Positions 51,419-64,000 of a DNA stretch of 64,000 nt are shown piece after piece. The stretch spans positions 195,621 to 259,620 of the forward strand of contig JAJCZU010000008.1 of assembly GCA_029262235.1 (NCBI GenBank). Reading direction: 5' to 3'. The notes below the pieces were generated by a model. That model made no database searches. It was not told the DNA's origin and saw only the letters and a list, made by a program, of their open reading frames with translations. Within the stretch, counting starts at the first letter, position 1, and each line of letters opens with the position of its first letter. The position numbers were made by a program, and so were the translations under genes. Source of the stretch: Candidatus Eiseniibacteriota bacterium (GTDB taxonomy: Bacteria > Orphanbacterota > Orphanbacteria > Orphanbacterales > Orphanbacteraceae).

Positions 51419-53926
51419 ATGAACTTTCGGCGCATGGCATTGCTGGTCCTCGTTCTCGGGGCGGTCTTCTCCGCCGCTCCCGCGATTGCGCTCGATCGCG
51501 TCTGGGTGGCGACAATCCCTCCCGGCGAATCGATCGAAACGGCATGGACGCTGGGCGCTGAAGTATTCGACCGCACTCCCGAAATGTTCGTACTGGGCGA
51601 CGCGCACTCCGCAGCCACGCTCGCCGGCGCGGGCTGGACGGTGGACGGCCCGTACGACCTGGACACGGACAAACGTCACACGCTCGGTTACGAAAAGGGC
51701 ACCTCGTTCGGAATCGCCGACATCGACTTCAGCGTCGCCGCGCCCGGCGCGCGCATCCTCTGGGCGCGGGGCCGATCACTTCTCACGGAAACCACTGACG
51801 AGTTCCCGCACATCGATTACGGCGAACAGCACCGCCATATCAAACTGCAGAACCTGCGGAAGCGGGCGATTCGACGACCGATCGTGCAGGCTCCCGCGCG
51901 CGAGAAAGCCGCGGCCACCACGTTTCTTCCCATCATCTCGGACATCATGGCGCAGGTCGACTCGAACGCTCTCAAGACCTGGGTCGACAATCTTTCAGGC
52001 GAAAATTCCGTTCTGATTTCGGGGAATCCGTTTACGATCGCCACGCGCTGGACCGACAACGCGCAGTGCGACACGGCCGAACGCTATGTGCTCGAGCGCT
52101 TCCAGGCGATGGGCATTCCGGCGCAGTTCGACCCGTACTCGTTCTCGGGCACGGACGCACGCAATGTAGTCGCCACGATCACGGGCACCGAAACACCGAA
52201 CAACATCTACATCATCGGCGGGCATCTCGACTCACGCGCACAGAGCTCGCCGCACAATCCGGCCCCGGGCGCGAACGACAACGCTTCAGGGACGGCCGCC
52301 GTGCTTCACGCCGCCGAGATTCTGAAAGACTACGAATTCAAATCGACGATCAAGTTCATCGCGTTCACGGGGGAAGAGCAGGGGCTCTTCGGCAGCGAGC
52401 ACTACGCCGCGGCGGCCGCAACGGCGGGCGACAACATTCTGGGCGTCGTGAACTGCGACATGATCGCCTGGTACAACGCGCAGTATCAGATCGACATCGA
52501 AGGCGAAAACGCGTGGGCGGCGCTCATGCAGGTCATGGACGATGCGTGCACGGAATTCACGACGCTGAACACCGTGCAGACGTTCTTCAGCTTCGGCTCG
52601 GATCACGTGCCGTTCCAGAATGAAGGCTTCCCGGCGTTTCTCGCGATCGAATCCGAGTATGGTTCGTACCCCTGCTATCACGTGACGTGCGACACATCCG
52701 ACAACAACAAGTACACGTTCGGCTGGGAAGTCACGAAGGCGTGCATCGCCACGATCGCGCATCTCGCCGACCCGGTCGGCCTCTCGATTCAGCACACGCC
52801 GATCGCGAACACGCAGGACACGGTCGGCCCGTACACCGTGACGGCCGTGATCACTTCGCCCGACCCGATCATCGCCGACTCGCTCCGCATGCACTACGCG
52901 ATCGACGGCGGCGGCTTCACGAACGTGCTCATGACGCCGACTGGCGGCACCGACGAATACAGCGCCGACATTCCGGGGCAGAGTTCGAACACGACCATTA
53001 CCTATTATATTGCCGCCGCCGACTCGACCGGGCGAAGCGAAACGAGTCCGGCCGGCGCGCCCGGGTCGGTGCACCAGTTCTTCATCGGCAGCGTGCAGAC
53101 GTTCGCATTCGAAAATTTCGAGTCGGCCGTGATCGGATGGTCGCACGGCGGATCGAACGACGACTGGGAGCTCGACGCGCCGCAGGGACTCGCGGAGGAT
53201 CCGGCAACAGCATCCTCCGGTACCATGGCGTACGGAAACGACCTGACCGGGCTCGGAGCGAGCTCCGGCAAGTACGAGAACAACTCCGACAACTGGCTGC
53301 AGTCCCCTTCGATCGACTGCACGGACTACACCGACGTCAAACTGTCGTTCCAGCGCTGGCTCGCCGTCGAGCGGTCGAACAACCAGCAGTGGGACTGGGC
53401 GCGCGTTCTCGTGAACGGCAACATCATCTGGGAGAGCCCGTCGGGCGCGAATCTGATCGACGCGAGCTGGACGTTCCAGGAATTCGACATCAGCGCCTAC
53501 GCCGACAACAACCCGAGCGTCGTGGTGCGCTTCGAACTGCACTCGGACGTATCGCTCTCGTTCGGCGGATGGACGATCGACGACTTCAAATTCACGGGAA
53601 TCGGGCCGCCGACCGCGACCGACGTCGCGGGCTCGGACGCCGCCCCTCGTTCGATGCGCCTCTTTGCGAACACGCCGAACCCGTTCAACCCGACCACGAG
53701 CATCCGTTTCGCGCTTCCCGCGCCCGCGGAGATCGAGCTCGCGGTGTACGACATCTCCGGGCGCCGCGTGAAGACGCTGGCAGCGGGTCAGTTCCCGGCG
53801 GGCGAGCACGCCGCCACGTGGACCGGTATCGACGAATCGGGCCGCCCGGCCGCGTCAGGCATCTATTTCTACCGGCTTACGGGGGCGGACGAGACGAAGA
53901 TCCGCAAGATGCTCCTCGTCCGCTAG
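51419..53926 (+). CDS. secreted M28-family aminopeptidase with Ig-like module, MAM/LamG-like domain and Por/T9SS-type C-terminal sorting domain
   Basis: GGHLDSRA...APGANDNASGTAAVL...FIAFTGEEQGLFGSEHY (M28 metal ligands). CTD NTPNPFNPTTSIRFALPAPAEIELAVYDISGRRVKTL...WTGIDESGRPAASGIYFYRL...KMLLVR. Confidence 0.85.
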   Translation: MNFRRMALLVLVLGAVFSAAPAIALDRVWVATIPPGESIETAWTLGAEVFDRTPEMFVLGDAHSAATLAGAGWTVDGPYDLDTDKRHTLGYEKGTSFGIADIDFSVAAPGARILWARGRSLLTETTDEFPHIDYGEQHRHIKLQNLRKRAIRRPIVQAPAREKAAATTFLPIISDIMAQVDSNALKTWVDNLSGENSVLISGNPFTIATRWTDNAQCDTAERYVLERFQAMGIPAQFDPYSFSGTDARNVVATITGTETPNNIYIIGGHLDSRAQSSPHNPAPGANDNASGTAAVLHAAEILKDYEFKSTIKFIAFTGEEQGLFGSEHYAAAAATAGDNILGVVNCDMIAWYNAQYQIDIEGENAWAALMQVMDDACTEFTTLNTVQTFFSFGSDHVPFQNEGFPAFLAIESEYGSYPCYHVTCDTSDNNKYTFGWEVTKACIATIAHLADPVGLSIQHTPIANTQDTVGPYTVTAVITSPDPIIADSLRMHYAIDGGGFTNVLMTPTGGTDEYSADIPGQSSNTTITYYIAAADSTGRSETSPAGAPGSVHQFFIGSVQTFAFENFESAVIGWSHGGSNDDWELDAPQGLAEDPATASSGTMAYGNDLTGLGASSGKYENNSDNWLQSPSIDCTDYTDVKLSFQRWLAVERSNNQQWDWARVLVNGNIIWESPSGANLIDASWTFQEFDISAYADNNPSVVVRFELHSDVSLSFGGWTIDDFKFTGIGPPTATDVAGSDAAPRSMRLFANTPNPFNPTTSIRFALPAPAEIELAVYDISGRRVKTLAAGQFPAGEHAATWTGIDESGRPAASGIYFYRLTGADETKIRKMLLVR

Positions 53927-53994
53927 CGGATGTCTCGACTCGGGTCGAGCGGATGTCTCGACTCGGGTCGAGCGGATGCCTCGACCGATGTCGA
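53926..53994. repeat. 3 x 23-nt tandem repeat, each unit containing the palindrome TCGAC-N4-GTCGA
   Basis: GCGGATGTCTCGACTCGGGTCGA occurs at 53926-48 and 53949-71. A degenerate third unit GCGGATGCCTCGACCGATGTCGA lies at 53972-94, then GTGGATGTG. The array starts at the last base of the M28 stop codon. Confidence 0.85.
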
Positions 53995-54041
53995 GTGGAT
54001 GTGTGGCCAATGACCGGATCTGCTGATACAATCCCGGCGTT

Positions 54042-54821
54042 GTGAACAGCACGCACGATCAGATCCAGAATCGCCCGACCCGGGCCCGAACCTGCCATGG
54101 GAGACGATCCCTGCGGTTCGTGCCCGGCATCCTCTGCGCGCTTCTGTTCGCGGCCTTCGCGCCGGCCGCGCGCGCGGAGCCCCCGAGACTCACGGTGCGC
54201 GCCCCCCTGGGAGCCGAGATCCGTGTCGACGGCACGGTGATCGGGCAGGCGCCGATCCCCCCGATCACGCTGGCCGAAGGGGAACACGAAGTCGAAGCCC
54301 GCCTTCGCGGCTACATTTCACGCACCACAGGTTATTACGCGCGCCCGATCCGGGGCGAAACGCTCATCTTCTACCTGAATCGCAAAACGAAACGCGGCGC
54401 CCTGACGCGGAGCGCGCTGATCCCCGGATGGGGGTCGTACTACGGCGATCGTACGGCCACCGGGATCACGTGGTTCGTGGTCGAGGCCGGTATCATCGCC
54501 TACGCCTTTTCGCAGGACTCGCGGTTCAGCGACGATCTGCTCGCGTTTGAATCCGCCGTCGCAACGTACGAGGCCGCCGTGACCGACGTGGACATCGCGG
54601 CAGCACGCCGTGACCGTGACGCCGCGTACGACGAACTGAGTGCGACCGAAGATCGCCGGGACCGCGCGATCTGGGCGGCCGTGGGTGTGCATGTGCTTTC
54701 GATGGCCGACGCCTGGTTTCGCTTTCCGTTCGGCGATCTGCCCGCGCGTCCCGCCCTCGCTTCGCACGGCGCGAACGGGGAGTTCACGACCGAATTCGCC
54801 CTGCGCTGGGAGTTCCGCTGA
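54042..54821 (+). CDS. PEGA-domain membrane protein (DUF5683-like C-terminal half)
   Basis: LTVRAPLGAEIRVDGTVIGQAPI.PITLAEGEHEVEARLRGY is the PEGA pattern. IPGWGSYY plus two hydrophobic helices follow. GTG start is uncertain. Confidence 0.6.
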   Translation: MNSTHDQIQNRPTRARTCHGRRSLRFVPGILCALLFAAFAPAARAEPPRLTVRAPLGAEIRVDGTVIGQAPIPPITLAEGEHEVEARLRGYISRTTGYYARPIRGETLIFYLNRKTKRGALTRSALIPGWGSYYGDRTATGITWFVVEAGIIAYAFSQDSRFSDDLLAFESAVATYEAAVTDVDIAAARRDRDAAYDELSATEDRRDRAIWAAVGVHVLSMADAWFRFPFGDLPARPALASHGANGEFTTEFALRWEFR

Positions 54822-56344
54822 TGCGACGACGCCTGTCATTCACGATCGCCGCGATCCTGCTCGCGATGCCGGCCGGGCTCGCGTTCTTTTCGTGCGATTC
54901 GAAGCCCGACGCGCCGGCGATCACGAATCCGCTCGATCCTGACCACCCGGATACGGGGGGGAACGCGCTTGCACCCGCAGCCGTGTACGACAAGGCCGGA
55001 TTCGTGAATGTTTCGTGGAACGCGAACGCGAGCCCCGCTCTTGCGAGCGTCATCATCTATCGCAGGCCGGGCGCGAGCGGTACGTTCGCCGTGCTCGACA
55101 CGGTTCCGATCGGCAACGGCAGTCATCACGACGACGCCCCCTACTTCTTCGCAATGAGCCAGTATCGTGTGGCCGGCGTCACCGCGGCAGGTACGCGGAC
55201 CGATACAACAGGGCGCGCGATCCTGTCGGTCGACGCCCCCCCTTCCGTCAAGTTCGGCGACGGAACCGGAATCGCGAAAACGCGCCAGTTCACGATCACA
55301 TATCAGGCCGGTGACGCCGACTCCGTTCGATTCGCCGCAAACGGGCCTCTCGCGGGAGCGCCGTGGATGCCCGTAACCGGCAGCATCTCCTACGAACTGC
55401 CGGCAACGCGCGACACGACATTGTTCTCGCTCCAGTTCAGGCGCGACGACGGCGGCGCGGAGGTTCTCTCGGATTCGATCGGCGCGTCCGTACGTCCGGT
55501 GCGCACACGCGGAACGTTCGTGATCGCGGGCGGCGAGTCACGAATCGCGAGGCGGGACGTGGCGGTCTCGCTCACGGGCGCTTTCGTAAGGCAGATCGTC
55601 CTGTCCGAAGATGCGATCTTCGGAGACGCCGGCGACAGCGTCATCACGTTCGACTCGCTCGTGTCCGCCAATCCGGTCACGCTCACCTGGCGATTCGACA
55701 CGACTCCAGGATCCAAAACGCTTCAGGCGCAGTTCGCCAGCGATTTCCTGATCGACACGACAGCGGTCGATACGGTGATCGCCGATGACCTGACCGACGT
55801 CTCGGCCGTGCTCGCCAACTCCGACACCACATTTGACTGCGCGAACCCCGTGACCCTTTCGGCCGTTGCGACACAGATGAATCTGAAGAAGGGATTCCCG
55901 GCGAATGGCTGGCAGCCGTTCCGGGAAGACGCGGTATGGGTCATCGAGGACACGACCGCGGGGGTGAAAATCGTAGAAGTACAGTTTGCGAACGATTTTG
56001 TGAACCCCGCGCCCGTACCCGCGCGTGACACTACCGTTCTTACGCTGCGTCCATTCGGCGCCGTGATCGACGTCCCGGACGAAGCGGCCGCATTCGCTCC
56101 GGGCGACAGCGTAGCGATTCGCGGCTCGGTGATTGCCGCGTCGTGCGCCGCACCGCCCGACACCGTGTCCGTATACATCGACGACGCTCTGATCGGACGC
56201 CCCGCCGCTTCCCCGACCTGGAGCACGTTCGTATTTCTCGACACGCTGATCGCGGATACCACGGAAGTCACGATTCGCGTCGAGGCGATGGATGGCGCAG
56301 GCGGCACCGCGGCCGACACGGTCCGTGTAACCGTAATCCCCTGA
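54821..56344 (+). CDS. lipoprotein with FN3/Ig-like domains, function unknown
   Basis: The ATG overlaps the upstream TGA (TGATG). Lipobox LAFFSC. An FN3-like segment (VSWNANASPALASVIIYRR...YRVAGV) is followed by beta-rich repeats. Confidence 0.6.
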   Translation: MRRRLSFTIAAILLAMPAGLAFFSCDSKPDAPAITNPLDPDHPDTGGNALAPAAVYDKAGFVNVSWNANASPALASVIIYRRPGASGTFAVLDTVPIGNGSHHDDAPYFFAMSQYRVAGVTAAGTRTDTTGRAILSVDAPPSVKFGDGTGIAKTRQFTITYQAGDADSVRFAANGPLAGAPWMPVTGSISYELPATRDTTLFSLQFRRDDGGAEVLSDSIGASVRPVRTRGTFVIAGGESRIARRDVAVSLTGAFVRQIVLSEDAIFGDAGDSVITFDSLVSANPVTLTWRFDTTPGSKTLQAQFASDFLIDTTAVDTVIADDLTDVSAVLANSDTTFDCANPVTLSAVATQMNLKKGFPANGWQPFREDAVWVIEDTTAGVKIVEVQFANDFVNPAPVPARDTTVLTLRPFGAVIDVPDEAAAFAPGDSVAIRGSVIAASCAAPPDTVSVYIDDALIGRPAASPTWSTFVFLDTLIADTTEVTIRVEAMDGAGGTAADTVRVTVIP

Positions 56345-56583
56345 CATTCACTCACGGGAAATCCCGCACATAAGAAGGCCGGGCGCGACAGGGTAGCCGT
56401 ACACGCCCGGCAGCACCCGATCACGATGGAGGGCAGAGCTTCAAGTGACCGGGCCAGAACAGTATTCGATTGTCGTTTGGGAGAAGATGATGCGGCAAGG
56501 TGCGGGGGCTGCTCCCGCGGAATGGTGAACCGCAAATTACGCACTCTCATTGGCCATGTCAATAAAAAAGATCGGTAAATCCT

Positions 56584-56612
56584 CTGACTCGATCAGCAAA
56601 CCCATATATAAT
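56584..56612 (+). promoter_or_regulatory. sigma-70-type promoter candidate for the M1 aminopeptidase gene (CTGACT-N17-TATAAT)
   Basis: Exact TATAAT at 56607-56612 and CTGACT at 56584-56589, 31 nt before the ATG in an AT-rich stretch. Confidence 0.3.
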
Positions 56613-56642
56613 TGAGAGCAGTCACTGTTTCCCCCCCTTTCA

Positions 56643-58917
56643 ATGAAAAGCCGAAACATGCGCCACCTTCTGACGAGTTCGCTATTGATCGCCGCCCTCT
56701 GCGCCTCCGCATTCGCGTCTTCCGACGCGGACGAACTGCGGGACGAGTTCCGCCGGGCCGAAATGGAACGCCACGCGGCGTGGGCCGCGAGCGCCACGGC
56801 CCTGAAGCGCATCCCGGTGCATGAGCCTGTTTATGACGTCACGTCCTACGAAATCGACATCACTCCTGAACAGGCCGACTCGAGCATCACGGGCTCGGTG
56901 CTGGTACGCGCCCAATCGCTCGTCGATACACTTTCGTCCCTCCAGCTCGATCTCACGGATACACTGCAAGTCGACTCAATCACGGGCAGCGCTGCTTCGT
57001 ACGTTCATATGGCCGACCTGATCACGATCACGCTCGATCGCACATACACGACGGGCGAGGAAGTCGACCTCACGGTTTACTACTCGGGGAAGCCGCGGCC
57101 GTTTGCCCGGCGCTACGGATTAAACTGGGGCCACAACGGGCTACAACCCGTGATCCACAGCTACGTCGAACCGTTCTTTGCCAACTACTGGTGGCCATGC
57201 AAGGACGTTCCCTGGGACAAGGCGGACTCGTGCCGCGTTGCAATCACGGTTCCCGACTCGCTGTACGCGGTGTCGAACGGAGTGCTCGCAGACTCGTCGG
57301 CGGCCGGCCCCGGCCATACGAAATACGAATGGATCACGCGCCATCCCATTTCCACTTATCTCGTTTCAATCGCGATCTCGAACTACACGACGGTTCATGA
57401 CGAGTACGAGAGCATCGGGGGTGAAACGGTGCCTCTGCGAAACTACGTGTACCCGGAAGACGTGAGCATCGCCGAGGCTACCTTCGAAGGACTTCCCGAC
57501 TATATGGCGCACGCGGAGAGCCTGTTCGGGGCGTACCCGTTTCGCGACGAGAAGTACGGGCATGCGATCGTTCCCGGCCTCGGGGCGCTCGAGCACAATA
57601 CGGTTACGACGTGGGGCCATCGTCTGCTCGCCTTCAACGGCGGGTTCGACAACATCGTCGTGCATGAACTGGCGCACCAGTGGTGGGGCGATCTCGTGAC
57701 GTGCGCCGACTGGCACGATCTCTGGCTGAACGAAGGCTTCGCCAGTTACGTGGAGGCGCTCTACCGCGAGTCGCGATTCGGACCGGACGCGCTCGCCAGC
57801 TACATGATCGGGCACGAGTACCACGGCGGGCAGCCCGTTTACGTCTCCGACATTCCCGACGGCGGCGGCCTGTTTACCCCCGCCTACACGTCCGCAATCT
57901 ACGGAAAAGGGGCGTGGGCTCTTCACATGCTCCGCTACGAAATCGGCGACGATACTTTCTACGCCGGACTCTCCCGCCACAAGGACGAAGGCGTCGCACG
58001 CGGCGGCATCGCGACCACGGAGCAGTTCCAGGATGCGATGGAGACGGAGAGCGGGCAGGATCTCGACTGGTTCTTCGATCAGTGGGTCTACGGATCGGGA
58101 ACCCCGCGATTTCAGGCGTACCCGTTCATGACGATCGCGGGCGATTCCGTCAACATCCGGATCGCCCAGACCGGCGACCGGCTTTTCCGCCTCAAGTTTC
58201 CGATCATGGCGGGTGACACGACATTCGTAGTGGAGACGTCGGACTCGCTGCTGCAGTTCGCGTTCGCGGGATCAGGCATCGACGACATCGCGCTCGATTA
58301 CAGGAACTGGCTGCTCGACGAAAGTTTCGACTCGGAGAATGACGCGCGGCTCACGATCGACGAATCCGGCGCGCGGCCCAAACTCTTGTGGGAGATGAAG
58401 GACCCGTTCTTTTCGGGGGTCTATCTCTTTCGCGCCGACAGCGCGGACGGGCCGTGGAGGCAGATGACGCTCGAACCGATCATGGGACGCTCGGGAACGT
58501 ACACGATCGATCGCGTGACGAAGACAGAGTACTTTGCGATGCGTTCGATTTCGGACAATATGCCCGGCTTCTGGACGTCGCTTTCGCGAACCGTAACGAA
58601 TCGCGAGCCGTCTCACATCGATCTCGACAGCGGCGACGAGCCAGGCGCGCCGACCTCGAACCCGTATGTCGTGTCCGACAACGGCGAGTACAGGATTCGC
58701 TTCGACCTGCCCGAACCGACCGCGGTCACGATCCAGATCTACAATATTGCGGGAAGGCTGGTGCGGGAAGTGGCGTCGGGCCGGTCGTTCGGCGCCGGTT
58801 TCGACCGGGAAGTCGTATGGGACGGCAAAAACAATCTCAACTCCCCGGTCGTCCCCGGCGTCTATTTCGTGCGCTTCGAAGCGGGTGGTTTCGAGGCCAC
58901 GCGCAAGTTTGTCGCCA

Positions 58918-58925
<8 letters not shown>
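56643..58925 (+). CDS. secreted M1-family aminopeptidase with Por/T9SS-type C-terminal sorting domain
   Basis: GALEHN (GxMEN variant), [27 protein letters not shown] ...[28 protein letters not shown]...[23 protein letters not shown]...KFVAIK. Confidence 0.9.
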
Positions 58926-61626
<2,701 letters not shown>

Positions 61627-61675
61627 AGGTTTCCCCCTGTTCCCTCAAGTGCGTCAAACAGCCTGTCCGAGCCAT

Positions 61676-61704
61676 AAGATAAGTGGCTGTGTGGAAGGTC
61701 GCAA
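61676..61704 (-). promoter_or_regulatory. promoter candidate for clpB (TTGCGA-N17-TATCTT on minus strand)
   Basis: Minus-strand TTGCGA (61699-61704) and TATCTT (61676-61681), about 50 nt upstream of the clpB ATG. I found no clear sigma-32 CCCCAT element. Confidence 0.25.
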
Positions 61705-61820
61705 GGGGGGGCGCAACCGCCAACAGGATCGAAGGCGAACTAGCGACCCTTGGGGGGTATGCACTGGCGATCGTTGGAATCGTAGAAAGTCCGGGCAGCC
61801 CGCCCCCCGGTCGGACGAGC

Positions 61821-63263
61821 TCAGCGTACGAGGACAAGTCGGCGGGTGATCGTCTGCCCTCTCACGGATGCGCGAACCAGGTACACACCCGGGGCAACTT
61901 CTCGGCCGTGATCATCGAGCCTATCCCATGCGATTGGTCCCTGGCTGGCAAGCGCGCTCCTGAGCGTTCGCACGCGACGACCGGACACTTCGTAAATCCC
62001 AACAGAGAGCGGGAAGCCCGGGGCGCTGAAGAAGATCTGTGCCGTTCCGGCTGCGGGGTTTGGGTACATGCGGAAATCGGGCGCGAGGCCGGGACTCACG
62101 GAAACCCGGGTGACGGCCGGATCAGGCTCCTCCTCCCGAATGGGGGTCGCCAGGATCCTACTCCGCGCATACATCATGTTTTCCTGGTGGTTGAAGTCAT
62201 GAAAAGTAATGTTGACTGCCCCGTCGGAGCCGACGGCAATCCTCGTGCTTCCCGCGGCTCCGGTGGCAACGGCCGATACGGCCCATCCGTTTCCAGATCT
62301 GCGCGCGTAGCGCACTTCATAAAGGCTGGTAGCAGCATAGGTGATATGCGGTCGTCCCGCACTGTCGAGGGTGAACGCGTTTGCGAAGCCCCAGTTCGGC
62401 TCGACAGTTTCAACCGACCAGACACCATTGGTGGCATGCGCATAGCGAACACTTGGTTGATAGTCATGAATATAGCTTGCGTGCGGATCTCCACGCCGAT
62501 CAAGTCTAACAGTGATATTCCTCCCGCCCCCAGTTCCACTGTCGACGATCGCGTAAACCCAACCACCACCACCCCTTGTTAGGTGGGTCAATTCCGTAAT
62601 CCACTCCTCGCCGCTACCGACATATCGTGATTTCTGTTCAATGTAAAGAATGTGCGGTACGCCATCGGCTGTAACAGCGATCGAGGGGTTCCCCATATAG
62701 AACTCGCCCCATGCGTCTTCGGGCCCCCTTGGATCAATCGTGCGGATGCTCCATGCCCCCGTTCGGCGGAAGGCGTAACGGAGAAGGATGTTGGGCTGAG
62801 TCGGGCTCATGTAGGCCACATGAATACCACCCAAAGAGTCTAAGGCGATTGTCGGCCCTCCTCCGGGGGCGACGGTTTCAAGGAGCCAGGAGCCGCTCTC
62901 CCTCCATGCGTGCCGCACGACGTAGGAGCTGCCGTTGAAGTGTGTGTACGCGATATGCGGGACACCCTCAGGGTCCACGACGATAGACGATTGGTCGCCC
63001 CAGGGAGATGTTGGGTCGACAAGTTCAACCTCCCAACGTCCATCCACTCTCGTTGCATATTTTAGCTTTGCGCGCTCATTCGGGTTATGGGATTGCCGGC
63101 TGCTGAAACTGATATGCGGCGTGCCCGTGCCGTCGAGGTACATATCATGGTCATATCCGACCCGGCCGAGAGAGTCGACGGTCTCGACGTTGAAGAGCGG
63201 GGGCGTGGCACCCGGCGTCCCTAGTGGCATTAATGCGAGCGCTAGTCCGATCAGGGCTACCAT
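61821..63263 (-). CDS. secreted beta-propeller-like repeat protein with Por/T9SS-type C-terminal sorting domain
   Basis: Signal peptide MVALIGLALALMPLG. Six or seven repeats of ...G.PHI(A/S/T)Y... CTD MYPNPAAGTAQIFFSAPGFPLSVGIYEVSGRRVRTL...WDRLDDHGREVAPGVYLVRA...RLVLVR. Confidence 0.65.
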   Translation of the reverse strand: MVALIGLALALMPLGTPGATPPLFNVETVDSLGRVGYDHDMYLDGTGTPHISFSSRQSHNPNERAKLKYATRVDGRWEVELVDPTSPWGDQSSIVVDPEGVPHIAYTHFNGSSYVVRHAWRESGSWLLETVAPGGGPTIALDSLGGIHVAYMSPTQPNILLRYAFRRTGAWSIRTIDPRGPEDAWGEFYMGNPSIAVTADGVPHILYIEQKSRYVGSGEEWITELTHLTRGGGGWVYAIVDSGTGGGRNITVRLDRRGDPHASYIHDYQPSVRYAHATNGVWSVETVEPNWGFANAFTLDSAGRPHITYAATSLYEVRYARRSGNGWAVSAVATGAAGSTRIAVGSDGAVNITFHDFNHQENMMYARSRILATPIREEEPDPAVTRVSVSPGLAPDFRMYPNPAAGTAQIFFSAPGFPLSVGIYEVSGRRVRTLRSALASQGPIAWDRLDDHGREVAPGVYLVRASVRGQTITRRLVLVR

Positions 63264-63332
63264 GTCATTCTCCCTTCAACAGAGACGGATCCCCTCACTA
63301 CGAGTATCGGCAATCCCCTCCACCCCTTTAGA

Positions 63333-64000
63333 CTACCGGAGAAGAACGATCTTTCGATTCAGGCGATCATTCTCCACGTGCAAGGTCACAAAGTAAGTAC
63401 CGCTTCCGACGGGCTCTCCGTGGTCGTTTTTCCCGTCCCAGATAGCGCTGTGTGGGCCTGCCGGCCTTGGGCCGGCAATGAGCGAGGCCACGCGGCGACC
63501 GGCGATATCGAAGATCGCGAGATCGACCTTCGCGGTCTTCGTGAGAGTAAAGCGCACTGTCGTCGTTGGATTAAATGGAGTGGGCTGTACCCGAAGCGTA
63601 TTCGCCGGTCGCGGCGGGACTATCTGCTCGGGAGCTGCGTTTCCCACCGCCGTAGGTATCTGATCAACACTAAACGAGAGAACAATACCCTCGTCCCCCA
63701 CGACGATACTGTCCGGCACGCCAGCAGTGAACGGGAAGTTGATCGAGCGGGTATATCCCGCGACCACAACAAACCCCCAAGGGTCAACGGCAATCCCCTG
63801 CGCCCTCTCGCGGCCACCGCCCCCAATCAGCGTTGAGTAGTTCAGGGTGTTCGTGCTCGCATCCAGATCGCTAAAGAAGAAGTCTTCGTTCCCTTGGTTC
63901 ACCGTGTGTATGGGGTTCCCGGCGACGGGGAAGAAGCTATCTGTTTGGCTAAAACCTGCAAAGACGTAGTCCCCCAGCGTGCTCACAGCAACCGTTGTGA
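63333..64000 (-). CDS. partial CDS (N-terminus outside window): SBBP-like beta-propeller repeat protein with Por/T9SS-type C-terminal sorting domain
   Basis: The frame stays open to the window end. GFVVVAGYTRSINFPFT resembles SBBP repeats. CTD QPTPFNPTTTVRFTLTKTAKVDLAIFDIAGRRVASL...WDGKNDHGEPVGSGTYFVTLH...KIVLLR. Confidence 0.65.
   Translation of the reverse strand, partial: TTVAVSTLGDYVFAGFSQTDSFFPVAGNPIHTVNQGNEDFFFSDLDASTNTLNYSTLIGGGGRERAQGIAVDPWGFVVVAGYTRSINFPFTAGVPDSIVVGDEGIVLSFSVDQIPTAVGNAAPEQIVPPRPANTLRVQPTPFNPTTTVRFTLTKTAKVDLAIFDIAGRRVASLIAGPRPAGPHSAIWDGKNDHGEPVGSGTYFVTLHVENDRLNRKIVLLR

Noticed and set aside
61627-61820. Search for a sigma-32 heat-shock promoter or CIRCE element upstream of clpB
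   Set aside because: I found no CTTGAA-N13-17-CCCCAT or TTAGCACTC-N9-GAGTGCTAA match. There is only a weak sigma-70-like TTGCGA-N17-TATCTT, reported as a low-confidence feature.

Overview
GC-rich bacterial chromosomal segment (third codon positions dominated by G/C), densely coding on both strands. I call about 48 protein genes and one tRNA (tRNA-Gln, anticodon CUG). I see no rRNA, CRISPR array, transposase, integrase or phage genes.

Gene order:
- 0-2.4 kb: sulfur-relay genes (DUF1641-like fragment, TusE/DsrC-like, DsrE-like) and a FadL-type outer-membrane channel.
- 2.8-8.8 kb: an operon resembling a divergent chaperone-usher fibre system. It has two paralogous small secreted subunits, a PapD-like chaperone fused to a SPOR domain, and a 1195-aa repeat-rich outer-membrane protein.
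- 8.8-17 kb: PadR regulator, a lipoprotein with two tandem retropepsin-like domains plus PDZ, an APC permease, an M61-like peptidase and a CHRD protein.
- 17-21.9 kb: a PNGase F homologue, an ECF sigma factor paired with a Ser/Thr kinase-TPR protein, and a small secreted repeat protein.
- 22-27 kb: a serine hydrolase, a lipoprotein, and a patatin-POTRA-Omp85 (PlpD-like) protein.
- 27-30.4 kb: queD-like, gltX and tRNA-Gln on the minus strand, and a MobA-like gene.
- 30.4-33 kb: an AT-rich perfect palindrome, then a secreted protein plus a di-haem MauG-type peroxidase (MbnP/MbnH-like pair).
- 33-41.3 kb: housekeeping minus-strand operons (TPR membrane protein, maf, DHH, M29 aminopeptidase, PhoU-like, Na/Pi cotransporter, NUDIX-MBL fusion).
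- 41.4-42 kb: an AT-rich intergenic region with an exact sigma-54 promoter, a structured ~130-nt candidate sRNA and a tandem array of four terminator-like hairpins, followed by ispH.
- 43-47 kb: tricorn-like protease and a cNMP-binding protein.
- 47-64 kb: an island of large secreted hydrolases (M36-like, M28, M1) and beta-propeller proteins, interrupted by clpB. Five of these proteins end in a Por/T9SS-type C-terminal sorting domain.

That sorting domain suggests an uncultured FCB-superphylum-like organism; this is inference only.

Limits: all functional calls come from motif recognition in the supplied translations, with no database search or folding program run. Start codons are best guesses from RBS and signal-peptide context.
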